This document shows positions 13,247-24,804 of a stretch of 64,000 nt of DNA, in pieces. The stretch lies in the NCBI RefSeq assembly GCF_009914755.1, contig NC_060927.1. One strand, 5' to 3'. How positions within the stretch are numbered: position 1 is the first letter of the stretch; each line of letters starts with the position of its first letter. The translations under genes and the position numbers were made by a program. This DNA comes from the human T2T-CHM13v2.0 reference genome, Homo sapiens. Below the pieces are notes generated by a model. The model had not been told where the DNA came from and ran no database searches. It saw only the letters and a program-made list of their open reading frames with translations.

Positions 13247-16128
13247 GCCTCAAATAAGTAAAAATATTAATTTGCAGATTCAACAAAAAGAGTGTTTCAA
13301 AACTGCTCCATCAAGAGGAACGTTCAACTCTGTGAGTTGAATGCAAATATCACAAAGTAGATTCTGACAATGCTTCTGTCTATTTTTTTTGTGAAGATAC
13401 TTCCTTTTCTACCGTAGGCCTCAAAGCACCCTAAATCAACAACACTTGCAAATTCCACAAAAAGTGTGTTTCAAAACTGCTCTATCAAAATAAAGCTTAA
13501 ACTCTGTAAGCTGAATGCACACATCACAAAGCAGTTTCTGAGAATGATTCTGTCTAGTTTTTTTATGAAGATATTACCTTTTCTACCATACGCCTCAAAC
13601 CACTCTAAATATCCACTTAGAAATCCTACAAAAAGAGTATTTCCAAACTGCTCTATCGAAAGGTAGTTTCAACTCTGTGAGTTGAATGCACACATCAGAA
13701 AGAAGTTTCTGAGAATTGTTCTCTCTAGTTTTAGATGAAGAAACCACATTTCAAAGGAAGGCCACAAACAGGTCCAAATAGCTACTCACAGATTCTACAA
13801 AAAGAGTGTTTCAATACTGCTCTATTAAGAAGAATGTTCAACTCTGTGAGTTGAATGCAAATATCACAAAGTAGTTTCTGACAATGCTTCTGTCTAGTTT
13901 TTATGTGAAGATATTTCCTTTTCTACCGTATGCCTCAAAGCGTTATAAATATACACTTCCAAATTCCACAAAAAGAGTGTTGCAAAACTGGTCTATCAAA
14001 AGAAAGGTTAAACTCTGTAAGCTGAAAGCACACATCACAAACTAGTTTCTGAGAGTGATTCTGTCTAATTTTTTTGAAGATATTTCCTTTTCTACCACAG
14101 GCCTCAAACGTCGCTCAATATCCACCTGGAAATTCTACAAAAAGAGAGTTTCAAAACTGCTGTACCTAAAGGAAGGTTCAAATCTGAGAGTTGAAAGCAC
14201 AAATCACAAAGAAGTTTCTGAGAATTCATCTGTCTACTTTTACATGAAGAAATCACGTTTCAAAGGAAGTCCACAAAGAGTTCCAAATATACACTTGTAG
14301 ATTCTACCAAAAGAGTGTTTAAAACTGCTCTATCAAGAGGAATATTCAACTCTGTGAGTTGAATGCAAATATTACAAAGTAGTTTCTGACAATGCTTCTA
14401 TCTGGTTTTCATGTGAAGATATTTCCTTTTCTACAGTAGCCCTCAAAGTGCTCTAAATATACACTTGCAAATTCCACAGAAACAGTGTTTCAAAACTCCT
14501 CTATCAAAACAAAGGTTGAACTCTGTAAGCTGTATGCACACAACACAAAGTAGTTTATGAGAATGATTCTGTCTAGTTTTTCTCTGAAGATATTTCCTTT
14601 TCTACCATAGGCCTCAAACCACTTTAAATATCCACTTGGAAAATTTACAAAAAGAGTATTTCAAAACTGCTCTATCGAAAGGAAGGTTCAACCCTGGGAG
14701 TTGAATGCACACATCACAAAGAAGTGTCTGAGAATTCTTCTGTCAAGTTTTATATGAAGATATCACGTTTCCAATGAAGGCCCCTAATAATTTGAAATAT
14801 TCACTTGCAGATTCTACAAAAGTTGTGTTTCAAAACTCTTCTATCAAAAGAAAGATGAAACTCTGTGAGTTGAACTCACACAACAACAAGTAGTTTCTGA
14901 GAATCATTCTGAAATTTTTTCTATGAAGATATAATGTTTCTGTATAGTTTTTATGTGGAGATATTTCCTTTTCTAACGTAGGCCTTAAAGCGATCTAAAT
15001 ATACACTTGCAAATTCCACAAAAAGAGTGTTTCAAAACTGTTCTACCAAAAGACAGGTCATACTCTGTAAGCTAAAAGCACACATGACAAAGTAGTTTCT
15101 GAGAATGATTCTGTTTAGTTTTTCTATGAAGATATTTCCTTTTCTACCACAGGCCCCAAACCGCTCTAAATATCAACTAGGAAATACTACAAAAATAGTA
15201 TTTCAAAACTGCTCTATCGAAAGGAAGTTTCAACTCTGTGAGTTGAATTCACACATCCAAAATAGTTTTTATATGAAGAAATCCTGTTTCCAACGAAGGC
15301 CTCAAAAAAGTCCTAATATTCACTTGCAGAATCTAAAGAGTGTTTCAAAATTGCTCTATCAAAAGAAAGTTTAAAGTCTGTGAGTTGAATGCTCACAGCA
15401 CAATGTAGTTTCTGAGAATCATTCTGTCTAGTTTTTCTAAGAAGATATTGCCTTTTCTACCATAGGCCTCAAATGGCGCTAAATATCCACTTGGAAATTC
15501 TACAAAAAGAGAAATTCAAAACTTCTCTATCGAAAGGAAGGTTCAGCTCTGTGAGTTGAAAGCACACATCACAAGGAAGTTTCTGAGAATTCTTCTGTCT
15601 AGATTTATATGAAGAAATCACGTTTCAAAGGAAGGCCACAAAGTGGTCCAAATATGCACTTGCAGATTCTACAAAAAGTTTGATTCAAAACTGCTCTATC
15701 AAGAGCAATATTCAATTCTGTGAATTGAATGCAAATATCACATCGTAGTTTCTGACAATTCTTCTCTGTAGTTTTTATGTGAAGATATATCGCTTTCTAC
15801 CGTTGGCCTCAAATCTCTCTAAATATACACTTGCAAATTCCACAAAAAGAGTGTTTCAAAACTGCTCTATCAAAAGAAAGGTTAAACTCTGTAACCTGAA
15901 TGCACACATCACAAAGCAGTATCTGAGAAAGATTCTGTCTTGTTTTTCTATGAAGATATTTCCTTTTCTACCACTGGCCTCAAACCTCTCTAAATATCCA
16001 CTTGGAAATTCTACAAAAAGATTATTTCAAAACTGCTCTATCGAAGGGAAAGTTCACCTCCGTGAGTTGAATGCACACATCACAAAGGTGTTTCTGACAA
16101 TCCTTCTGTCAAGTTTTATATGAAGAAA

Positions 16129-16145
16129 TCCCGTTTCCAACGAAG
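16129..16145 (-). other. CENP-B box, intact
   Basis: tcccgtttccaacgaag. Confidence 0.9.
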
Positions 16146-16237
16146 GACAAAAAAAAGTCCAAATATTCACTTGCAGATTCTAAAAAAGTGTTTTTCAAAA
16201 CTGCTCTATGAAAAGAAAGATTAAACTCTGTGAGTTG

Positions 16238-16407
16238 AACTCTGTGATTTGAAAGCACAAATCACAAATAGGTTCTGAGAATTATTCTGTCTAGTTTTTC
16301 TAGCGCCGTTTGAGGCCTATGGTAGAAAAGGGAATATCTTCATAGAAAAACGAGACAGAATAATTCTCAGAACCTATTTGTGATTTGTGCTTTCAAATCA
16401 CAGAGTT
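16238..16407. repeat. Inverted repeat / fold-back inversion: 65-bp arms (16238-16302 and 16343-16407), 40-bp spacer
   Basis: The left arm aactctgtgatttgaaagcacaaatcacaaataggttctgagaattattctgtctagtttttcta matches the reverse complement of 16343-16407 with one mismatch. 16301-16407 is alphoid sequence in the opposite orientation to the array. Confidence 0.95.
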
Positions 16408-16971
16408 TCAAATCACAAAGAAGTTTCTGAGAATTCTTATGTCTAGATTTAGATGAAGAAATCAAGTTTCAAACGAAGGTCACAAAGAGGTACAAAATGC
16501 AATTGCAGATTCTACAAAAAGAGTGTTTCAAAACTGCTCTATCAAAATTAATGTTCAACTCTGTGAGATGAATGCAAATATCACAATGTAGTTTCTGACA
16601 ATGCTTCTGTCTGGTTTTTGTGTGAAAATATTTCCTTTTCTACCGTAGGCCTAAAAGCGCTCTAAATATACACTTGCAATTTCCATGAAAAGAGTGTTTC
16701 AAAACTGCTCTATCAAAAGAAAAGTTAAACTCTGTAAGCTGAATGCAGAAATCACAAAGTAGTTTCTGAGAATGATTCTGTCTAGTTTTTCTAAGAAGAT
16801 ATTTCCTTTACTACCATAGGCCCAAAACCCCTCTAAATAGCCACTTATAAATTCTACAAAAAGAGTATTTCAAAACTGATCTATCGACAGGAAGGTTTAA
16901 CTCTGTGAGTTGAATGCACACATCTCAATGAAGTTTCTGAGTATTCTTCTGTCAAGTTTTATATGAGGAAA

Positions 16972-16988
16972 TCCCGTTTCAAACGAAG
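16972..16988 (-). other. CENP-B box, core intact
   Basis: tcccgtttcaaacgaag. Confidence 0.85.
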
Positions 16989-19900
16989 GCCTCAAAAAAG
17001 TCCAAATATTCAATTGCACAGTCTACAAAAAGAGTGTTTCAAAACTGCCCTATCAAAAGAAAGCTTACACTTTGCGATTTGAACGCACAAACCACAAAGT
17101 AGTTTCTGAGAATCATTCTGTCTAGTTTTTCTATGAAGATATTGCCTTTTCTACCATAGGCCTCAAACATCGCTAAATATTCACTTGGAAATTCTACAAA
17201 AAGTGAGTATCAAAACTGCTCTATCAAAAGGAAGTTTCAACTCTGAGTTGAAAGCATATATCACAAAGTAGTTTCTGAGAATTCTTCTGTCACGTTTTAT
17301 ATGAAGAAATCCCATTTCCAACAATGGCATTACAAAAGTACAGATATTCACTTGCAGTTTCTACAAAATGAGAGTTTCAAAACTGCTCTACCAACAACAA
17401 GGTTAAACACTGTGATTTGAACGCACACATCACCAAGAAGTTTCTGAGAATCATTCTGTCAGTTTTTCTCTGAAGATGTTTCCTTTTCTACCGTAGGCCA
17501 CAAACAGCGCTAAATATCCCCTTGGAACTTCTACAAAAGAGAGTTTCAAATGTGTTCTAACGAAAGGAAGGTTCAACTCTGTGAGTTGGAAGCACACATC
17601 ACAAAGAAGTTTCTGAGAATTCTTCGGTCTAGTTGTAAATGAAGAAATCACGTTTCAAACGAATGCCTCAAAGAGGTCAAAATATCCACTTTCAGATTCT
17701 GCAAAAAGAGTGTTTCAAGACTGCTCTATCAAGAGGATTGTTCAACTCTGTGAATTGAATGCAAATGTCACAAATTAGTTTCTGACAATGCTTCCGTCTA
17801 GTTTTTATGTGAAGATATTTCCTTTTCTTCCGTAGGACTCAAAGCGCTCTAAATATACACTTGCAAATTCCACAATTAGAGTGTTTCAAAACTACTCCAT
17901 CAAAAGAAAGGTTAAACTTTGAAAGCTGAAAGCACACATCACAAAGTAGTTTCTGAGAAGGTTTCTGTGTAGTTTTTCTATGAAGATATTTCCTTTTGTA
18001 CCATAGGTCTCAAACCGCCCTTAATATCCACTTGGAAATACTACAAAAAGAGTATTTCAAAACTGCTCCATAGAAAGGAAGGTTCCACACTGTGAGTTAA
18101 ATGCACACATCACAAAGAAGTTTCTGAGAATTCTTCTGTCAAGTTTGATATGAAGAAATCCTCTTTCCAACGAAGGGTCTAAAAAGTCCAAATATTCACT
18201 TGCAGATTCTACAAAAAGAGTGTTTCAATATTCCTCTATGAAAAGCAAAGTTAAATTCTGTGAGTTGAATACACACATCACAAAGTAGTTTCTGAGAATC
18301 ATTCTGACTGGTTTTTCTATGAAGATATTGCCTTTTCTACCATAAGCCTCAAGCGGCGCTAAATATCCACTAGGAAATTCTACAAAAAGAGAGTTTCAAA
18401 ACTGCTATATCGAAAGGAAGGTTCAACTCTGAGAGTTGAAAGCACACATCACAAAGAATTTTCTGAGAATTCTACTGTCTAGTTTTATATGAAGAAATCA
18501 CTTTTCAAAGGAAGGCCACAAAGAGGTTCAAATATCCACCTGCAGATTCTACAAAAAGAGTGTTTCAAAACTGCTCTATCGAGAGGAATGTTCAATTCTG
18601 TGTTTTGAATGCAAATATCAAAAAGTAGTTTATGACAACGCTTCTGTCTAGTTTTTATGTGAAGATATTTCCGTTTCTACCGTAGGACTCAAAGCCCTCT
18701 AAATATACACTTCCAAATTCCACAAAAAGAGGGTTTCAAAACTGCTGTATCAAAAGAAAGGTTAAACTCTATAAGCTGAATGCACACATCACAAAGTAGT
18801 TTCTGAGAATGATTCTGTCTAGTTTTTCTGTAAATATATTTCCTTTTCTACCATAGGCCTCAAACCGCTCTAAATATCCACTTGGAAATTCTGCAAAAAG
18901 AGAATTTCAAAACTGCTCTATTGAAAGGAAGGTTCAACTCTGTGACTTGAATGCACACATCACAAAGAAGTTTCTGAGAATTCTTCTGTCAAGTTTTGTA
19001 TGAATAAATCCCTTTTCCAACGAAGGCCTGAAATAAGTCCAAATATTCACTTGCAGATTCTACAAAAACAGTGTTTCAATACTGCTCTGTGAAAAGAAAG
19101 GTTAAACTCTGTGAGATGAACGCACACACCACAAAGTAGTTTCTGAGAATCATTCTGTCTAGTGTTTCTATGAAATTATTGCCTTTTCTACCATAGGCCT
19201 CAAACGGCGATAAATATCCACTTGGAAATTATACAAAATGAGAGTTTCAAAACTGCTCTATCGAAAGGAAGGATGAACTCTATGAGTTGAAAGCACACAT
19301 CACAAAGGAGTTTCTGAGAATTCTTCAGTCTAGTTTTATATGAAGAAATAATGTTTCAATCAAAGGCCACAAAGAGGTCCAAATATCCACTTGCAGTTCC
19401 TACAAATGAGTGTTTCAAAGCTACTCTGTCAAGAGGAATATTTAACTCTGTGAGTTGGTTGCAAATATCACAAAGTAGTTTCTAACAATGCTTCTCTCTA
19501 GTTTTTATTTGAAGATATTTCATTTTCTACAGTTGGCTTCAAAGCACTCTAAATACACACTTACAAATACCACAAAAAGAGTGTTTCAAAACTGCTCTAT
19601 GAAAAGTAAGATTAAACTCTGTTAGCTGAATTCACACATCACAGAGAAGTTTCTCAGAATGATTCTGTCAAGTTTTTCTACGAAGATGTTTCCTTTTCTA
19701 CCACAGGCCTCAAACCACTCTAAATATCCACTTGGAAATACTTCAAAAAGATTATTTCAAAACTGCTCTATCGAAATGAAGGTTGAAGTCTGTGAGTTGA
19801 AAGCACACATCACAAAAAAGTTTCTGAGAATTCTTCTGTGTAGTTTTAGACGAAGAAATCACGTTTCTAAAGAAGGCCACAAAGAGGTCCAAATATACAT

Positions 19901-20710
19901 TCGCAGATCCTACAAAAAGAGTGTTTCAAAACTGCTCTATCAAGAGGAAAGTTTAACTCTGTGTGTTGAATGCAAATATCACAAAGTAGTTTGTGACAAT
20001 GCTTCTGCCTAGTTTTTATGTGAAGATATTTCCTTTTCTACCGTATGCCACTAAGCGCTCTAAATATACACTTGCAAATTCCACAAAAAGAGTGTTTCAA
20101 AACGCCTCTATCAGAAGAAAGGTGAAACTCTTTTACGCGAATGCACACATCGCAATGTAGTTTTGGAGAATGATTCTGTCTAGTTTTTCTATGAAGATAT
20201 TTCCTTTTCTACCACAGACCTCAAACCGCTCAAAATATCCATTTGGAAATTCTACAAAAAGAGTATTTCAAAACTGCTCTATCGCAAGAAATGTTCAACA
20301 CTGTGAGTTGAATGCACACATCCCAAAGAAGTTTCTGAGACTTCTTCTGTCACGTTTTAAATGAAGAAAACCCGTTTCCAACGGAGGCCCCAAAAAAGTC
20401 TATATATTCAATTTACAGATTCTACAAAAATAGTGTTTAAAAACTGCTCTATCAAAAGAAAAGTTAAACTCTGTGAGTTGAAAGCACACATGACAAAGTA
20501 GTTTCTGAGAATAATTATGTCTAGTTTTTCTATGAATATATTGCCTTTACTACCATAGGCCTCAGATGGTGTTAAATATCCACTTGGAAATACTACAAAA
20601 AGAGAGTTTCAAAACTGCTCTATGGAAAGGAAGGTTCAACTCTGTGAGTTGAAAGCACACATCACAAAGAAGTTTCTGATAATTCTTATCTCACGTTTTA
20701 TATGAAGAAA

Positions 20711-20727
20711 TCCCGTTTCCAGCGAAG
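20711..20727 (-). other. CENP-B box, core intact
   Basis: tcccgtttccagcgaag. Confidence 0.8.
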
Positions 20728-21049
20728 GCCCCCAAAAAGTACAAATATTCACTTGCAGATTCTACAAAAACAGTGTTTCAAAACTGCTCTATCAAAAGAA
20801 AGATTAAACTCTCTAAGCTGAATGCAAACATCAAAAGTAGTTTCTGTGAATGATTCTGTCTAATTTTTCCATGAAGATATTTCCTTTTCTACCACAGGCC
20901 TCAAACTGCTCTAAATATCCGCTTGGAAATTCTACAAAAAGAGTTTTTCAAAACTGCTCTATCGAAAGGAAGTTTCAATTCTGTGAGTTGAATGCACACA
21001 TCACAAAGGAGTTTCTGAGAATTCTTCTGTCACCTTTTATATGAGGAAA

Positions 21050-21066
21050 TCCCGTTTCCAACGAAG
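21050..21066 (-). other. CENP-B box, intact
   Basis: tcccgtttccaacgaag. Confidence 0.9.
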
Positions 21067-23936
21067 GCCCTCAAAAACTCCAAATATTCACTTGCAGATT
21101 CTAAAAAACAGTGTTTCGAAACTGCTCTATCAACAGAAAGATTAAACTCTGTGTGGTGAAAGCACACAGCAAAATGTACTTCTGAAAATCATTCTGTCTA
21201 ATTTTTCCATGAAGATATTGCCTTTTCTACCATGGGCCTGAAACGGCCGTAATTATCCATTTGGAAATTCTACAAAAAGAGAGTTTAAAAACTGCTCTAT
21301 CGAAAGGAAAGTTCAACTGTGTGAGTTGAAAGCACACATCACAAAGAAGTTTCTTAGAATTTTTCTGTCTAGTTTTCTTTCACGAAATCACTTTTCAAAC
21401 GAAGGCCACAAAGAGGTCCAAATATCCTCCTGCAGATACTACAAAAAAAGTGTTTCAAAACTGCTCTATCAAGAGGAATGTTCAACTCTGTGAGTTGAAT
21501 GCAGATATCACAAAGAAGCTTCTGACAATGCTTCTGTCAATTTTTTATGTGAAGATATTTCCTTTTCTACCATAGGCCTCAAAGCGCTCTAAATATACAC
21601 TTGCAAATTCCACAAAAAGAGAGTTTCAAAACTGCTCTATCAAAAGAAATGTTAAAGTCTGTAAGCTGAATGCACACATCACAAAATAGTTTCTAACAGT
21701 GATTATGTCTAGTTTTTCAGTGAAGACATTTCCTTTTCTACCACAGGCCTCAAACCGCTCTAAATATCCACTTGGAAATTCTACAAAAAGAGTATTTCAA
21801 AACTGCTCTATCGAAAGGAAGATTCAACACTGTGAGTTGAATGCACACATCACAAAGGAGTTTCTGAGAATTCTTCTGCCACGTTTTATCAGAAGAAACC
21901 CCTTTTCCAACGAAGGCCTCAAATAAGTCCAAATATTAACTTGCAGTTTCTACAAAAAGAGTGTTTCAAAACTGCTCTGACAAAAGAAAGGTTAAACTCT
22001 GTGAGTTGAACGCACAAATCAGAAAGTGGTTTCTGAGAATCATTCTGTCTAGTTTTTCTATGAAGATATTGCCCTTTATACCTCAGGCTTGAAAGGCGTT
22101 AAATATCCACTTGGAAAATCTACAAAAAGAGAGTTTCAAACCTGCTGCATTGAAAAGACGTTTCGTCTCTGTGAGTAGAATGCACACATCACAAAGAAGT
22201 TTCTGAGAATTCTTCTATCAAGTTTTATATGAAGAAATACCATTTCCAACGAAGGCCGTGAAAAAGTCCAAATATTCACTAACAGATTCTACAAAAAGAG
22301 TGTTTCAAAACTCCTCTGTCAAAACAAAGGTTAAAATCTTTAGATGTACGCACACATCACAAAGTAGTTTCTGAGAATGACTCTGTTTACTTTTTCTATG
22401 AAGATATTTTCTTTTCTAGCATAAGCCTCAAACGGCTCTAAATATTCACTTGGAAATACTACATAAGGAGCATTTCAAAACTGCTCTATCAAAAGAAAGG
22501 TTAAACTCTGTAAGTTGAATGCACACATCACAAAGTAGTTTCTGATAATCATTCTATCTTGTTTTTCTCTGAAGACATTTCCTTTTCTACCATAGGCCTC
22601 AAACAGCACAAAAATATCCACTTTAAATGCTACAAAAAGTGTATTTCAAAACTGCTGTATCGAAAGGAAGGTTCAACACTGTGAGTTGAATACACACCTC
22701 TCCAATAAGTTTCTGTCAATTCTTCTGTCAAGTTTTATATGAAGAAATCCCGTTTCCAAAGAAGGCCTCAAAAAAGTCCAAATTTCCACTTGCAGATTCT
22801 ACAAAAAGAGTATTTCACAAATGCTCTATCAAAAGAAAGGTTAAACTTTGTAAGCTGAATGCACCAATCACAAAGTAGTTTCTGATAATGATTCTATCTG
22901 GTTTTTCTATGATGATATTTCCTTTTCTATCATAGGCCTCAAACCTCACTAAATATCCACTTGGAAAGCCTACAAATAGAGTATTTCAAAACTACTCTAT
23001 CGAAAGGAAGGTTCAACTCTGTGAGTTGAACGCACACCTCCCAAATAAGTTTCTGAGAATTCTTCTGTCCAGTTTTACATGAAGAAATCCTTTTTCCAAA
23101 GAAGGCCTCAAAAAGACCAAATTTTCACTTGCAGAACCTACAAAAAGAGTGTTTCTAAACTCCTCTATCAAAAGAAAGGTTAAACTCCCTGAGTTGAACG
23201 CACACATCAAAAAGTAGTTTCTGAGAATCATTCTGTCTAGATTTTCTATGAAGATATTGCCTTTTCTACCATAGGCCTCAAACGCCGGTAAATATCCACT
23301 TGGAAATTCTACAAAAAGAGAGTTTCAAAACTGCTCTATTGAAAGGGAGGTTCAACTCTGTGAGTTGAAAGCACACATCACAAAGAAGCTTCTGAGAATT
23401 CTTCTGTCTAGTTTTATATGTAGAAATCATGTTTCAAACGAACGCCACAGATGGGTCAAAATATCCAATTGCAGAGTCTAAAAAGCAGTGTTTCAAAACT
23501 GCTCTATCAAGAGGAATGTTCAACTCTGTGAGTTAAATGCAAATATCACAAAGTTGTTTCTGACAATGCTTCTGTTTATTTTTTATGTGAAGATATTTCC
23601 TTCTCTACCTTAAGCCTCAAAGCGCTCTTAATATACACTTGCAAATTCCACAAAAAGAGTGTTTCAAAACTGCTCTATCAGAAGAAAAGGTAAACTCTGT
23701 CAGCTGAATGAACAGATCACAAAGTAGTTTCTGATAATTGTTCTGTCTTGTTTTTCTATGAAGATATTTCCTTTTCTACCATAGGCCTCAAACCGCACTA
23801 AATAACCACTTGGAAATACTAAAAAAAGAGTATTTTAAAACTGCTCTTTCGAAAGGAAGGTTCAACTCTATGAGTTGAATGCACACCTCCCAAATAAGTT
23901 TCTGACAATTCTTCTGTCAAGTTTAATATGATGAAA

Positions 23937-23953
23937 ACCCGTTTCCAACGAAG
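23937..23953 (-). other. CENP-B box, core intact
   Basis: acccgtttccaacgaag. Confidence 0.85.
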
Positions 23954-24787
23954 GCCTCAAAAACGTCCAAATATTCCCCTGCAGATTCTACAAAAAGAGT
24001 GTTTCAAAACCGCTCTATCAAAAGAAATGTTAAACTCTGTGAGTTGAACGCACACATCACAAAGCCGTTTCTGAGAATCATTCTGTCTAATTTTTCTATG
24101 AAGACATGGCCTTTTCTACCTTAGGCCTCAAACTGCACAGAATATCCACTTGGAAATTCTAAAAAAAGAGAGTTTCAAAACTGCTCTATCGAAAGGAAGG
24201 TTCAACTCCGTGAGTTGAAAGCACACAGCACAGAGAAGTTTCTGAGAATTCTTCTGTCTAGTTTTATATGAAGAAATCATGTTTCAAATGAATGCCACAA
24301 ATAGGTCCGAATATCCGTTTGCAGATTCTACAAAAAGAATATTTCAAAACTGCTCTATGAAGAGGACCGTTCAACTCTGTGAGTTCTATACAAATATCAC
24401 AAAATAGTTTCTGACAATGCTTCTGTCTAATTTTTATGTGAAGATATTTCCTTTTCTACCATAGCCCTCAAGGCGATCTAAATATACACTTGCAAATTCC
24501 ACAAAAAGAGTGTTTCAAAACTGCTCTATCAAAAGAAACGTTAAACTCTGTAAGCTGAATGCACACATTAAAAAGCAGTTACTCAGAATGATTCTGTCTT
24601 GGTTTTCTATGAAGATATTTCCTTTTCTACCACAGGCCTCAAACCGTTGTAAATATTCACTTGGAAATTCTACAAAAGGAGTATTTCAAAACTGCTCTAT
24701 AGAAAGGAAGGTTCAGCTCTGCAAGTTCAATGCACACATCACAAAGAAGTTTCTGAGAATTCTTCTGTCAAATTTTATATGAAGAAA

Positions 24788-24804
24788 TCCCGTTTCCAAC
24801 GAAG
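24788..24804 (-). other. CENP-B box, intact
   Basis: tcccgtttccaacgaag. Confidence 0.9.

Noticed and set aside
16238-16407. Inverted repeat as a MITE, terminator or miRNA hairpin
   Set aside because: Arms and spacer are entirely alpha-satellite, with no target-site duplication and no evidence of transcription. It is better explained as a local template-switch inversion.
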